NCBI GenBank assembly: GCA_017396395.1
Contig: JAFQMF010000014.1
Location: forward strand, 71,421 to 135,420
Source: Clostridia bacterium
GTDB lineage: Bacteria; Bacillota; Clostridia; RUG12999
DNA length: 64,000 bases
Direction: 5' to 3'
The notes beneath the pieces are model-generated. The model saw only the letters and a program-made list of their open reading frames with translations, searched no databases and was not told the DNA's origin. The position numbers were made by a program, and so were the translations under genes. Of this stretch, positions 11,143 through 20,693 are shown one piece after another. How positions within the stretch are numbered: position 1 is the stretch's first letter; every line of letters starts with the position of its first letter.

Positions 11143-11197
11143 TTTAAAAATGTGGGAGAGGTAAAATACTTCGCGAAACCACAAGGAGGTAAGAAAG

Positions 11198-11893
11198 TTG
11201 AATAAAGGTAAGAAATACGTTGATAGCGTGAAGGCTTACGACAGAGCTAATCTTTATGAACCTCAGCAGGCTCTTGACCTTGCTGTTAGCTTTGCAAAAG
11301 CTAAGTTTGACGAAACTGTTGAACTTCACGTTAAGCTGGGTGTTGACTCACGTCACGCAGACCAGCAGGTTCGTGGTGCGGTAGTGCTGCCTCACGGAAC
11401 AGGTAAGAAAGTTAGAGTTCTTGTATTTGCTAAGGGTGACAAGGCTAAGGAAGCAGAAGCAGCAGGTGCTGATTTTGTAGGTGCTGAAGAACTTATTCCC
11501 AAAATTCAGAACGAGAACTGGTTTGAGTATGACATCGTAGTAGCTACTCCCGATATGATGGGTGTTGTTGGTCGTCTTGGTAAGGTGCTTGGTCCTAAAG
11601 GACTTATGCCCAACCCTAAGGCAGGCACAGTTACTATGGATGTAACAAAGGCTATTAATGATATTAAGGCCGGTAAAATTGAGTACAGACTTGATAAGAC
11701 AAATATTATTCATTGTCCTATAGGTAAAGCTTCTTTTGGAGCTGCTAAGCTTAAAGAAAACTATAGTGCACTTATGGATGCTATTGTTAAGGCAAAGCCT
11801 GCTACTGCAAAGGGTCAGTATCTTAGAAGTGTTGCTGTTGCAACTACTATGGGACCTGGTATAAAGATTAATCCTGCAAAGGCTGCTGACTAA
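11198..11893 (+). CDS. rplA: 50S ribosomal protein L1 (TTG start)
   Basis: 231 aa. (M)[19 protein letters not shown]...[28 protein letters not shown] lies 9 nt upstream of the TTG. Confidence 0.9.
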   Translation: MNKGKKYVDSVKAYDRANLYEPQQALDLAVSFAKAKFDETVELHVKLGVDSRHADQQVRGAVVLPHGTGKKVRVLVFAKGDKAKEAEAAGADFVGAEELIPKIQNENWFEYDIVVATPDMMGVVGRLGKVLGPKGLMPNPKAGTVTMDVTKAINDIKAGKIEYRLDKTNIIHCPIGKASFGAAKLKENYSALMDAIVKAKPATAKGQYLRSVAVATTMGPGIKINPAKAAD

Positions 11894-11906
11894 TTTAAAG
11901 TTAGTC

Positions 11907-11935
11907 TTGACAAGGGCAAATTTTTATGCTATAAT
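11907..11935 (+). promoter_or_regulatory. Consensus sigma-A promoter (TTGACA - 17 nt - TATAAT) for rplJL
   Basis: ttgaca at 11907-11912, tataat at 11930-11935. Confidence 0.65.
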
Positions 11936-11941
11936 TATTTA

Positions 11942-12114
11942 GTAATATATTTCCAAAGACAGTTGGCGTAAACTGATATTCAGTTTTATAAGACCCACCG
12001 AGGAGTGTAAAATAAATTCAAGAAATTCTTCTTGTAATATTTAAGGAACACTTTGACTGCCTTTGGAGTTAAAATGTTCCTTTTTTGTTGGAATAAAACG
12101 GAGGTGAAAAGAAT
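11942..12114 (+). promoter_or_regulatory. Ribosomal protein L10 leader with intrinsic attenuator hairpin (about 12045-12090)
   Basis: About 170-nt untranslated leader before rplJ. Long hairpin GGAACACTTTGACT-gcctttgg-AGTTAAAATGTTCC followed by TTTTTTGTTGG. This is the usual position of the L10(L12)4-responsive leader in Firmicutes. Confidence 0.55.
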
Positions 12115-12756
12115 ATGCCAAGCGCAAAGGTTTTAGAAAGCAAGAAGGCTGTAGTTGAAGCTCTTAAAGAGAGAATCAATAACAGTGTTGCAGGTGTACT
12201 TGTTGATTACAAGGGTATCAATGTTGAACAGGACACAGCTCTTAGAAGAAATTTCAGAGCAGCAGATGTTGAGTACGACGTTGTTAAGAACACACTTCTT
12301 CGTCTTGCTTTAAACGATACAAATTACGCAGATTTAACATCTGTACTTGAAGGAACAACAGCTTTTGCTACATCTGATAAGGATGAAGTTGCTCCTGCAA
12401 AGGTATTTGCTGACTTTATGAAAGCAAATGAAGCATTAGGTCTTTCAATAAAGGCTGGTTATGCTGATGGTAAGGTTATTTCCGCTGAAGAGGTTAAGGC
12501 ACTTGCTTCAATTCCTTCAAGAGAAGTTCTTCTTACACAAATTCTTTACTGCATCAATTCACCACTTACTTCTTTTGCATTTGCTGTTAAAGCAATTATG
12601 GATAAGAAGGAAGAAGAAGGTGATGCTCCAGCAGCAGAAGCTGCTCCTGTTGCAGAAGAAGCACCCGTAGCTGAAGAGGCTGCTCCTGTAGCTGAAGAGG
12701 CTCCTGTAGCTGAAGAAGCTCCTGCAGCTGAAGAAGCTCCTGCGGATGCAGAATAA
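12115..12756 (+). CDS. rplJ: 50S ribosomal protein L10 with an unusual ~45-aa Ala/Pro/Glu-rich repetitive C-terminal extension
   Basis: 213 aa. The first ~166 aa are a typical L10 core. The tail is APAAEAAPVAEEAPVAEEAAPVAEEAPVAEEAPAAEEAPADAE. Confidence 0.9.
   Translation: MPSAKVLESKKAVVEALKERINNSVAGVLVDYKGINVEQDTALRRNFRAADVEYDVVKNTLLRLALNDTNYADLTSVLEGTTAFATSDKDEVAPAKVFADFMKANEALGLSIKAGYADGKVISAEEVKALASIPSREVLLTQILYCINSPLTSFAFAVKAIMDKKEEEGDAPAAEAAPVAEEAPVAEEAAPVAEEAPVAEEAPAAEEAPADAE
12640..12753 (+). repeat. In-frame tandem ~18-nt repeats (gctcctgtagctgaagag variants, about 6 copies) encoding (APVAEE)n at the 3' end of rplJ
   Basis: Direct reading: successive gct cct gta gct gaa gag/gaa units with minor variation. 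Confidence 0.6.
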
Positions 12757-12802
12757 TTAAAAAACTTAAAGAAAAATATTATATAAATGGAGGAAAAATA
12801 AA

Positions 12803-13174
12803 ATGAGTGAAAATATTCAGACAATTATTGACACTATAAAAGGAATGACAATGCTTGAATTATCTGAGCTTGTTAAGACAATTGAAGAAGAATTTGGCGT
12901 ATCTGCAGCAGCTCCTGTAGCTGTAGCAGCAGTAGGCGGTGCAGCAACTGGTGCTGCTGAAAAGTCTGAGTTTGATGTAGTTCTTGCTGATGCAGGTGCT
13001 AACAAGCTTGCAGTTGTTAAGGCTGTTAAGGACATCGCTGGACTTGGTCTTAAGGAAGCTAAGGATCTTGTTGACAACGCTCCTAAGACAATTAAAGAAG
13101 CTGTTTCTAAGGAAGAAGCTGACGACATTAAGGCTAAGCTTGAAGAAGCTGGCGCAAAGGTTGAAGTTAAGTAA
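12803..13174 (+). CDS. rplL: 50S ribosomal protein L7/L12
   Basis: 123 aa. NTD, Ala/Pro hinge ([14 protein letters not shown]), and CTD with [24 protein letters not shown]. Confidence 0.9.
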   Translation: MSENIQTIIDTIKGMTMLELSELVKTIEEEFGVSAAAPVAVAAVGGAATGAAEKSEFDVVLADAGANKLAVVKAVKDIAGLGLKEAKDLVDNAPKTIKEAVSKEEADDIKAKLEEAGAKVEVK

Positions 13175-13195
13175 TTTAATTTTAACAATAAATGG

Positions 13196-13228
13196 AAATC
13201 GGGACAAAATTTTGTCCCGATTTTTTTA
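13196..13228 (+). terminator. Rho-independent terminator after rplL
   Basis: tcgggacaaa-at-tttgtcccga followed by T7. Confidence 0.7.
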
Positions 13229-13258
13229 TGAAGACAGCGCGTGATATCAAATTTTTTC

Positions 13259-13287
13259 TTGCAAAAATATATACATTATGGTAAAAT
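13259..13287 (+). promoter_or_regulatory. sigma-A-like promoter (TTGCAA - 17 nt - TGgTAAAAT)
   Basis: Read directly upstream of the exonuclease gene. Confidence 0.45.
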
Positions 13288-13301
13288 ATAATAGAAAGTA
13301 G

Positions 13302-14243
13302 GTGGATTTTACGGACTATATTGTACTTGATTTGGAATGGAATCAGGCATCCAGCAGTGATTATACAAAGACGCGAAACGGAATCACGCTTCACGGAGAA
13401 ATTATTCAGGTGGGTGCAGTAAAGCTGGACGAAAAATTTAATATAGTTGATAAATATTCTGCAGATATAAAACCCTGTGTATATAAAAAAATTGCCAAGC
13501 GTATTGAGCAGATTACCAAGATAAGTAATGAAACTGCAAGCAAAGGTAAAAGCTTTACAGAAGTTGTTTGTGAATTTTCCAAATGGTGCGGAAACAAATA
13601 TGCTTTTTTAACCTGGGGAAGAGATGATATCCGTGTGCTAGAGGATAATCTTACTTTTTTTAATATAGACGCAAACTGGCTTCCTGACAGTAATTACGAT
13701 TTGCAGATGATTTTTGATTTTTTAACTCAAAAAAAGGGCAGGCAGTTTTCTCTTGATTTTGCAGTTGAATATTATGGGATTACAGAAAAAGTTCAAAGGC
13801 ATAATGCTCTTAATGATGCTTATTACACTGCACTTGTGTGTGAAAAAATGAGTCCTAAAAAATGCCTTAACGATTACCGAAGAGTTATTGTGTCTAAGTT
13901 TAAAAGTATGGAATGTCCTAAAAGTGACAAGGACACAGTTAAGCATATTGAAGTGGTGGAAAGCTCGGTAATATCCAAAGTTCTTAAAACTATGTATGGT
14001 AAAAAGGTGCATTGTCCTACCTGTGGCAAAAAGGCTGCTCTTGTACAGAAATATCAGAAAAGTCAGAACAGCCATACACTTATATATAGCTGTAAAAAAC
14101 ATGGGTATTTTGTTTCAGCGTTAAGGCTAAAGGTATTTGATGAATATTCTATTACCAGAGTAATCAGAACGATATATTGTACGGATAATGCAGTCACTTC
14201 TTCAACAGAAAATTCAAAGAATAATAATGTTGAAGTCTCATAA
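13302..14243 (+). CDS. DEDDh (DnaQ/KapD-like) 3'-5' exonuclease with a C-terminal Cys4/His zinc-ribbon region; start codon uncertain (GTG 13302 or nearby)
   Basis: Exo motif I VLDLEWN, motif II FLTWGRDDIRVL, motif III HNALNDAYYTAL. C-terminal HCPTCGKKA...YSCKKHGYF. Confidence 0.7.
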   Translation: MDFTDYIVLDLEWNQASSSDYTKTRNGITLHGEIIQVGAVKLDEKFNIVDKYSADIKPCVYKKIAKRIEQITKISNETASKGKSFTEVVCEFSKWCGNKYAFLTWGRDDIRVLEDNLTFFNIDANWLPDSNYDLQMIFDFLTQKKGRQFSLDFAVEYYGITEKVQRHNALNDAYYTALVCEKMSPKKCLNDYRRVIVSKFKSMECPKSDKDTVKHIEVVESSVISKVLKTMYGKKVHCPTCGKKAALVQKYQKSQNSHTLIYSCKKHGYFVSALRLKVFDEYSITRVIRTIYCTDNAVTSSTENSKNNNVEVS

Positions 14244-14496
14244 AAATATAGTTTATTTTTGCAAGTATTTTTGTTGACAAATATCTTAAAATATGATAAA
14301 TTATAATAGATAGAGTATAGTTATATTCTCTATCTATTTATAGTTTTATTTAGGGTTGTTTTTACATTTGATATAAAATGTAAAAATGCAGTTGGTTTGC
14401 ATATAAAAATCTAAATAAAACTGTTGGTATGTTAAAGGCGGTAAAGTAATAGGAAGTTATTTTGATTTTCCTGTTTTATTAAAGAGGTGACTTTGA

Positions 14497-16638
14497 ATGT
14501 TTTTTGAAAAAGCAAAGCCTATATGGCTGAAAGATTTATCCTGTGAGATGAATATACAAGCAGGGTTTAAAACAGAAATTTTTGCAGAGAAAGGGAAAAA
14601 ATATAGTATTAATATAGCAGATTCCTGCCTTTACAGATTATTTGTAAATGGTGAATTTGTGTGCTATGGTCCTGCAAGGGCGGGTCATGGCTATGCAAGA
14701 GTGGATGAAATTGATATAACTGAAAAAATAACAGAAGGTAAAAACACTATTGCAATTGAGGCAGCAGGGTATAATTGTCTTTCGTTTTATCTTATTAAAC
14801 GAACAAGTTTTGTTACCGCAGAGGTATTTTGTAATGGTAAGGCAGTTGCATCTACAGGATATGACTTTGCAGGCGTAAGGCTTTCTCAGAAAGTACAGAA
14901 AATAAATCGATTTTCATTCCAGCGTCCTTTTGGCGATGTTTGGGAGCTTGATATAAACAGTGATATGTATTTCTGGACTACAAGAGATGTTCCGACTATG
15001 GAAACAGAGGTTATACAAGAGGAAATTAAGTATCTTTCCAGAAGAGCCAAAATGCCAGAATTCAATATTTCTCCTTGTAATTCATATCTTGAAAAGGGTA
15101 CACTTGAGGTAGCACCCGAGCTTGATGATTATATTAAAACAAGAGCAAATTTCTGGGATGATGTTTATAAAGATTTCAGCACCTTCCCTCAAAAGGATAT
15201 TGTAAATTCACCTATTAAGGATTATTGCCTTAGGAAGCCTGTAAAAGAGAAGGACTTAAGTGGGAAAGGGCAGATAGTAATATCCGAAGGCGAATACATA
15301 ATCCTTGATATGTCAAGAAACTATACTGGGTTTGTAAAAACCTTGTTTACAGCAAATAAGGACAGCCGTGTGCTTATTGGTATGGATGAAGTACTTACAG
15401 GCGGTATGCCTGACCCCATGAGAAAATTCCAGACAGGTCAGATTATAGGTTATAATGTGACAGCAAGTGACAAGGATTATGATTTGGAATCTTTTGAATG
15501 TTACGGATTTCGTTATGCTATGATTATGGTAGTAAAAGGGGAGATAACTTTTAAAGATTTTTCTCTTCGAGAGTATATTTACCCCTTGCATAACACCCCT
15601 GAAATTCACACAGATGATGTAGAGCTTAAAAAAATATATGATGCTACAATTGAAACATACAGACAGAATGTTGTGGATATATATATGGATTGTCCTACAA
15701 GAGAGCGTGCAGGCTGGCTTTGCGATAGCTACTATACAGCTCAGATGGAATGGTTTTTAACGGGAAAAGGTGATGTAGAGCATGATTTCATTGAAAACTT
15801 TATGCTGTTTTCACCAAGAGATGATATTCCAGAAGGTATGATGCCGAAATGCTACCCTGCAGATCATGGAAAACATAATACATATATTCCTCAATGGGCA
15901 ATGTGGCTTGCTTTTGAAGTTGACCAGTATCTTCAGAGAGAAAAAACTGCAGATAAAGCAGAATACAAAGACTTTTTCTATAAGCTTATAAGATTTTTTG
16001 AAGCTTATGAAAATGCTGACGGTTTAGTGGAAAAGCTTCCCTCATGGAACTTTATTGAATGGTCAAAAGCAAATCAGTGGACACAGGATGTAAGCTATCC
16101 TACAAATATGATGTATTCACATTTACTTAAAATTACAGGAAGAATTTATAATGATAAAGTATTAGTGAAAAAGGGCGAAGCATTAGCAGAAAAGGTTATA
16201 GAAAAGTCCTTTGACGGGGAACTTTTTGTGGATAATGCAGTGTATAACGAAGAGGGTGTATTGGTAAATACAGGTAATCGTTCCGAAACTTGCCAATATT
16301 ACGCATATGCTTTTGATGTTATAAAGGGTTTAGACGATCCCAGATTTAGTTATTTAAGAAACGCTGTACTTAACATATTCGGCTCTAAAAGAGAAAAAAC
16401 AGGACATCTTCCGGACGTGGAATATGCAAATGCAATGATGGGAATTTACATCAGAATGGAGCTTTTGTTTAAGTGGGGAAAATACGAAAAATTACTTGAT
16501 GAAATCAAGGAGTTTTTTGGTAAAATGGCAGACTTAACAGGAACACTCTGGGAACATAACAAAGTTGCACAAAGCCTTAATCACGGCTTTGCTTCATACG
16601 TAGGATACTTAATATATGAGTGTTTAAAGAGATTATAA
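14497..16638 (+). CDS. Glycoside hydrolase, alpha-L-rhamnosidase-like (GH78-type six-hairpin catalytic domain); no signal peptide
   Basis: 713 aa. N-terminal AKPIWLKD...YRLFVNGEFVCYGPAR resembles rhamnosidase N-domains. MDCPTRERAGWLCDSYYTAQ matches the GH78 DCPxRERxGWxGD signature. RBS AAAGAGGTGA. Confidence 0.6.
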   Translation: MFFEKAKPIWLKDLSCEMNIQAGFKTEIFAEKGKKYSINIADSCLYRLFVNGEFVCYGPARAGHGYARVDEIDITEKITEGKNTIAIEAAGYNCLSFYLIKRTSFVTAEVFCNGKAVASTGYDFAGVRLSQKVQKINRFSFQRPFGDVWELDINSDMYFWTTRDVPTMETEVIQEEIKYLSRRAKMPEFNISPCNSYLEKGTLEVAPELDDYIKTRANFWDDVYKDFSTFPQKDIVNSPIKDYCLRKPVKEKDLSGKGQIVISEGEYIILDMSRNYTGFVKTLFTANKDSRVLIGMDEVLTGGMPDPMRKFQTGQIIGYNVTASDKDYDLESFECYGFRYAMIMVVKGEITFKDFSLREYIYPLHNTPEIHTDDVELKKIYDATIETYRQNVVDIYMDCPTRERAGWLCDSYYTAQMEWFLTGKGDVEHDFIENFMLFSPRDDIPEGMMPKCYPADHGKHNTYIPQWAMWLAFEVDQYLQREKTADKAEYKDFFYKLIRFFEAYENADGLVEKLPSWNFIEWSKANQWTQDVSYPTNMMYSHLLKITGRIYNDKVLVKKGEALAEKVIEKSFDGELFVDNAVYNEEGVLVNTGNRSETCQYYAYAFDVIKGLDDPRFSYLRNAVLNIFGSKREKTGHLPDVEYANAMMGIYIRMELLFKWGKYEKLLDEIKEFFGKMADLTGTLWEHNKVAQSLNHGFASYVGYLIYECLKRL

Positions 16639-16656
16639 TAAATGGAGGAAATAAAA

Positions 16657-19600
16657 ATGAAAAAGATTATTTCTCTTATTCTGGCTGTAATTCTGGTTTG
16701 TTCGCTTTGTACAGTGGCAACCGCTGCACAGCCCGTTAGATTAAGACTTGGTGCTGCAGGTGCTACACAGCAGGATTTACATACAGGGGCAGGCCTTAAA
16801 GACCAGCCTGTAAATTCAGATGCTCCGGTAGCTCAGTACGTTAATGTACCGGGAATTGTGACAAGATTTTCTGCAAGATGCCCCAGTTATGGAAACTCAG
16901 AGGGGTCAATTACCATAAAACTGTATAAATGGAAGGGTGATTATGCATCTACTGTTAGCTCACAGGCTTTAGCAAGCCAGACATATGTAGATTATGCAGA
17001 TAACGCAACTCTGATATTTGATGTTAATACTGACGAAGCTACAGGAGAGCTTTTGTTCTTGTTTTTAAATGCAGGAGAAAAAGTTGGTGTATGGACTTGT
17101 GAGTCAAAAGAGTTTCCTCTTTATGTAAATGGTGCTAAGACAGAAAAGAATATTGCTGTTCAGGGTGCTATTTATACTTACAAAAAAGATGAACCCTTAG
17201 ATACTTCCGTTTCAGTTAATGCATACGACGTAATTAATACAACAAATTTTGTGGATTGTATTGTAAATGATACAAAAACCCTTGATGATGTAAACGGCGA
17301 GAAAATAGATACTGTACGTTCTTCAGATAACGTAGGATATTCATCTTACATTATAGATTTTGGTGATGTATCACCAAAAGGTCTTGAGATGCAGGCATAT
17401 AACCAGTTGCAGGAATTTGGTACAATTCAGTTTGTACTTGACGATAGAGAATCAGGTAAAATCTTTGCAAGAATTGATATGGAAACAAATGATAAAATTA
17501 GCTCATGGGAAACTGTTTATGCAAAGATAACTGAGGAAATAACAGGAGTTCATAGGGTATATATTATGACTAAGGGCTCCAGAATGAGTCTTGGAAACTT
17601 GAAATTCCTGAAAGAAACCCCTCCTGATACATTTGTTGAAAACAGACTTAAAGAATTTAATGAAACCAGAGAATATACTATTAAGGACAATTATTCAGAT
17701 ACATGGGTAGCTACTGATTTGCTTGGCAGAAAGGTTGCAGGCTACAGCGAAGCAGGAGATCCTAATCCTGATAAACAGGTAGGTATGTTTTTCTGGACAT
17801 GGCATTCAGGAAGAGAAAGACAGACTTGGAAATATGGTGTAAACCAGATGGTGCTTAATAGATACGAGGGTGACGAAAAGGATATTAAAAACGACTATAA
17901 TTATCCGGGATGGGCACTTGAAGCATTTTGGAATGAATCTATTTATGGTATGTATAGTGGATATGACGAATGGGTAATCAGAAAACAGCTTGAAGTTCTT
18001 TCAGCAGCGGATATTGACTCATTATTCTTTGACTCTACTAACCACACAAGACTTTATCCAGGCTCCTTTATGAAAATTGGTAAAATAATGCACCAAATGC
18101 ATTTAGAAGGAACAGAAACACCTAAGATGGCATTTATGCTTCCTTTCTTTAGTATGAATTATAACCAGATTGACCTTGAAACAATATATGAAAAATATTA
18201 TTCAACAGGTCTTTATAGTGACACTTGGTATTATTGGGATGGAAAACCTGTAATTATGGCTTATCCTGAAAGTATTGCTGCTACTACAGGACTTGAAGAT
18301 GTAGATGAACTTCGCAAAGAAATTCTTGATTTCTTTACCTTCCGTCCCGGTCAGGCAGACTACTGGGCAGGTCCATCTCGTGATGACCATTGGCCATGGC
18401 TTGAGGTATATCCTCAGAAAGCTTATGGTAAGAGTGAAAAGTACGGATGTGAAGCAGTTTGTGTTGGTGTTGCACAGAATGCTAACGATATGGGTCTTAC
18501 TGCTATGAATGGTGAAGGTGTTTATGGCAGAAGCTATACATATAAAAACCGATTTTCACTTTACAGTGATACATCAAAGTATTACGGATATAACTTCCAG
18601 GAACAGTGGGACAGAGCCTTTGAACTTGACCCTGAATTTGTATTCGTAACAGGCTGGAACGAATTATCTGCCGGTCATTCTAAAAGCTGGGGTGCAGTAT
18701 CAGGTTCATATCCTGACTGTTATAATGACGAATATAGCCGAGATTTAGAGCCTACAAAGGGTGAATTTAAAGATACTTATTATTATCAGCTTGTTGATAA
18801 TGTAAGAAAGTTTAAGGGTGTAAGACAGACTCCTGTTGCAGGACCTGAGAAAACTATAAGCCTAAATGGTGACTTTAGCCAGTGGAATGATATTACTCCT
18901 GAATTTGTTGGTTATAAAGGCGGTACAGAGCCTCGTGACAGCTTCCTTATTGGCGGTATGGAACCTGTAACTAACTATACAGGAAGAAATGATATAATCT
19001 CTTCAAAGGTTTCTAGAGATAGCGAAAATGTATATTTCTATGTTGAAACTGCTGAAGATCTTTCGCCTTATACCGACCCATCATGGATGAGATTATTTAT
19101 CAATACAGACAGAGTATATAAGACAGGTTGGGAAGGATATGACTTTGTATTAAACAGAGTAAATCCAACAGCAGACACTGCAATTTTAGAAAAACATACA
19201 GGTGAAGATTTATATACTTGGAAATGGATAGAGGTAGCAAAGGTTTCATATAAAGTAGAAGGAAACAAGATGATGATTGCTATTCCTAAGAGTGTTCTTG
19301 GCCTCGGTGATTCTATGGATATTGAGTTTAAGTGGAACGACAATATGCAGGAACAGGGCGATATCACCGATGTTTATAATAATGGTGATACTGCACCTAT
19401 AGGCAGATTTAATTATCATTATATTACAAGCAGAGATGCTGAAAAAGCTGTAAAAGATGAAACAATAGATATTACAAGAAGACTTGAGTATGCAACTAAA
19501 AAAATAGTTGTAATGGGTATTAACAGCTCTGTTGCATATACATATGGAAACAAGACTAAAATGGATCCTCTCAGCGATGTAACAGCTCCCATTATTATTA

Positions 19601-19950
19601 ATGGTAAAACAATGGTGCCAGTAAGATTTATTTCTGAAAGTATGGGATTCCCTGTTAAGTGGAATGAAAGTGCAAAATCAGTTACAATTACAGGTAACAG
19701 TAACAGAATTAAACTTACACTTGGAAGCGATATTATGAATATTGAAAGAAAAGAGGTTAAAATCCAATCTCCTGCTATTGAAATAGAAAGCAGAATTTAT
19801 GTTCCTCTTCGTGATATCGTTGAAGCTTTCGGTATGAAATGTACATGGATTGACCCTGGCATTATTATAGTTGGTTCAGAAGGTGAATTCGGACAGCTTT
19901 ATGTTAACGGTGGTATGGAAAAGATCAAGGATATGTACAATTTTAACTAA
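16657..19950 (+). CDS. Large secreted carbohydrate-active-like protein with a C-terminal copper-amine-oxidase-N-terminal-like (cell-surface stalk) domain
   Basis: Signal peptide MKKIISLILAVILVCSLCTVATAA. Central region with glycosidase-like aromatic/acidic motifs (FFWTWHSGRE..., VDSLFFDSTNH, GWNELSAGHS). Last ~130 aa (INGKTMVPVRFISESMGFPVKWNESAKSVTITG...IYVPLRDIVEAFGMKCTWID) match the Cu_amine_oxidN1 fold used by clostridial surface proteins. Start placed at the ATG with a GGAGG RBS, 4 nt after the GH78 stop. Confidence 0.6.
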   Translation: MKKIISLILAVILVCSLCTVATAAQPVRLRLGAAGATQQDLHTGAGLKDQPVNSDAPVAQYVNVPGIVTRFSARCPSYGNSEGSITIKLYKWKGDYASTVSSQALASQTYVDYADNATLIFDVNTDEATGELLFLFLNAGEKVGVWTCESKEFPLYVNGAKTEKNIAVQGAIYTYKKDEPLDTSVSVNAYDVINTTNFVDCIVNDTKTLDDVNGEKIDTVRSSDNVGYSSYIIDFGDVSPKGLEMQAYNQLQEFGTIQFVLDDRESGKIFARIDMETNDKISSWETVYAKITEEITGVHRVYIMTKGSRMSLGNLKFLKETPPDTFVENRLKEFNETREYTIKDNYSDTWVATDLLGRKVAGYSEAGDPNPDKQVGMFFWTWHSGRERQTWKYGVNQMVLNRYEGDEKDIKNDYNYPGWALEAFWNESIYGMYSGYDEWVIRKQLEVLSAADIDSLFFDSTNHTRLYPGSFMKIGKIMHQMHLEGTETPKMAFMLPFFSMNYNQIDLETIYEKYYSTGLYSDTWYYWDGKPVIMAYPESIAATTGLEDVDELRKEILDFFTFRPGQADYWAGPSRDDHWPWLEVYPQKAYGKSEKYGCEAVCVGVAQNANDMGLTAMNGEGVYGRSYTYKNRFSLYSDTSKYYGYNFQEQWDRAFELDPEFVFVTGWNELSAGHSKSWGAVSGSYPDCYNDEYSRDLEPTKGEFKDTYYYQLVDNVRKFKGVRQTPVAGPEKTISLNGDFSQWNDITPEFVGYKGGTEPRDSFLIGGMEPVTNYTGRNDIISSKVSRDSENVYFYVETAEDLSPYTDPSWMRLFINTDRVYKTGWEGYDFVLNRVNPTADTAILEKHTGEDLYTWKWIEVAKVSYKVEGNKMMIAIPKSVLGLGDSMDIEFKWNDNMQEQGDITDVYNNGDTAPIGRFNYHYITSRDAEKAVKDETIDITRRLEYATKKIVVMGINSSVAYTYGNKTKMDPLSDVTAPIIINGKTMVPVRFISESMGFPVKWNESAKSVTITGNSNRIKLTLGSDIMNIERKEVKIQSPAIEIESRIYVPLRDIVEAFGMKCTWIDPGIIIVGSEGEFGQLYVNGGMEKIKDMYNFN

Positions 19951-19967
19951 AAGTAATAAATAAAAAC

Positions 19968-20003
19968 TTGAGGCAGAATGATTTTCATTCTGCCTCTTTT
20001 TTG
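19968..20003 (+). terminator. Rho-independent terminator
   Basis: gaggcagaatg-attttc-attctgcctc followed by T6. Confidence 0.7.
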
Positions 20004-20063
20004 TGTATTTTAATAAATACAGCTGCATATATATTATTATACATAAGACTGTAAGGAGTGGAC

Positions 20064-20693
20064 ATGGTGAATTGTAAGGAAGAAATTAAGACCTGCATAA
20101 TTTCAGATAAAACAGGCAATTTAAAATATGATATATACTATCCGTTTATTGAAAAAAAGAATGTGGTAACTAACTCCATAAATAACTTTTCGCTATTTTT
20201 GGCTAAAGAGTTTGAAAAGCATATACAAACAAATTTAAAAAAATATTTAATAGGAGAGGAAGAAGAATTTGTAATAACCCGAACTTTTAAAGTATCTTAT
20301 AAATCAAGGTTTCTTCTTTCATATAAATATGATATATCATCATATAATGAGCAATCGGACAAAATTTTATATATAGAATCAGCTAACTGGGATTTAAAAA
20401 ATGGCTCTGCAGTAAAATTAAGAGAATTTTTTAGAGGGAATGTAAGATATAAAGAAATAATTCTCTACATAATATGTTCTAAAATACGTGAAGCAATATG
20501 TAAGGGAGAGAAGTTTTATCCTGATTGGCAAGCACGTATATACAGTAGTTTTTCTGTTGACAGATACTATATATCAAATGAAGGATTTGTAATTTATTTT
20601 CCTGTAGGAGTTTTAAAAAGTGAAAAGTCCAGTGAGTTTTTAATCTCCTTCAAAGAATTGAGAAATCAAATATCCACCATACTATTAAGGTAG
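20064..20693 (+). CDS. Hypothetical protein, DUF3298/DUF4163 (RsiV-like) fold suspected; ends in TAG
   Basis: About 209 aa. C-terminal PDWQARIYSSFSVDRYYISNEGFVIYFPVGV resembles DUF3298. AAGGAG RBS 5 nt before the ATG at 20064. Confidence 0.45.
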   Translation: MVNCKEEIKTCIISDKTGNLKYDIYYPFIEKKNVVTNSINNFSLFLAKEFEKHIQTNLKKYLIGEEEEFVITRTFKVSYKSRFLLSYKYDISSYNEQSDKILYIESANWDLKNGSAVKLREFFRGNVRYKEIILYIICSKIREAICKGEKFYPDWQARIYSSFSVDRYYISNEGFVIYFPVGVLKSEKSSEFLISFKELRNQISTILLR

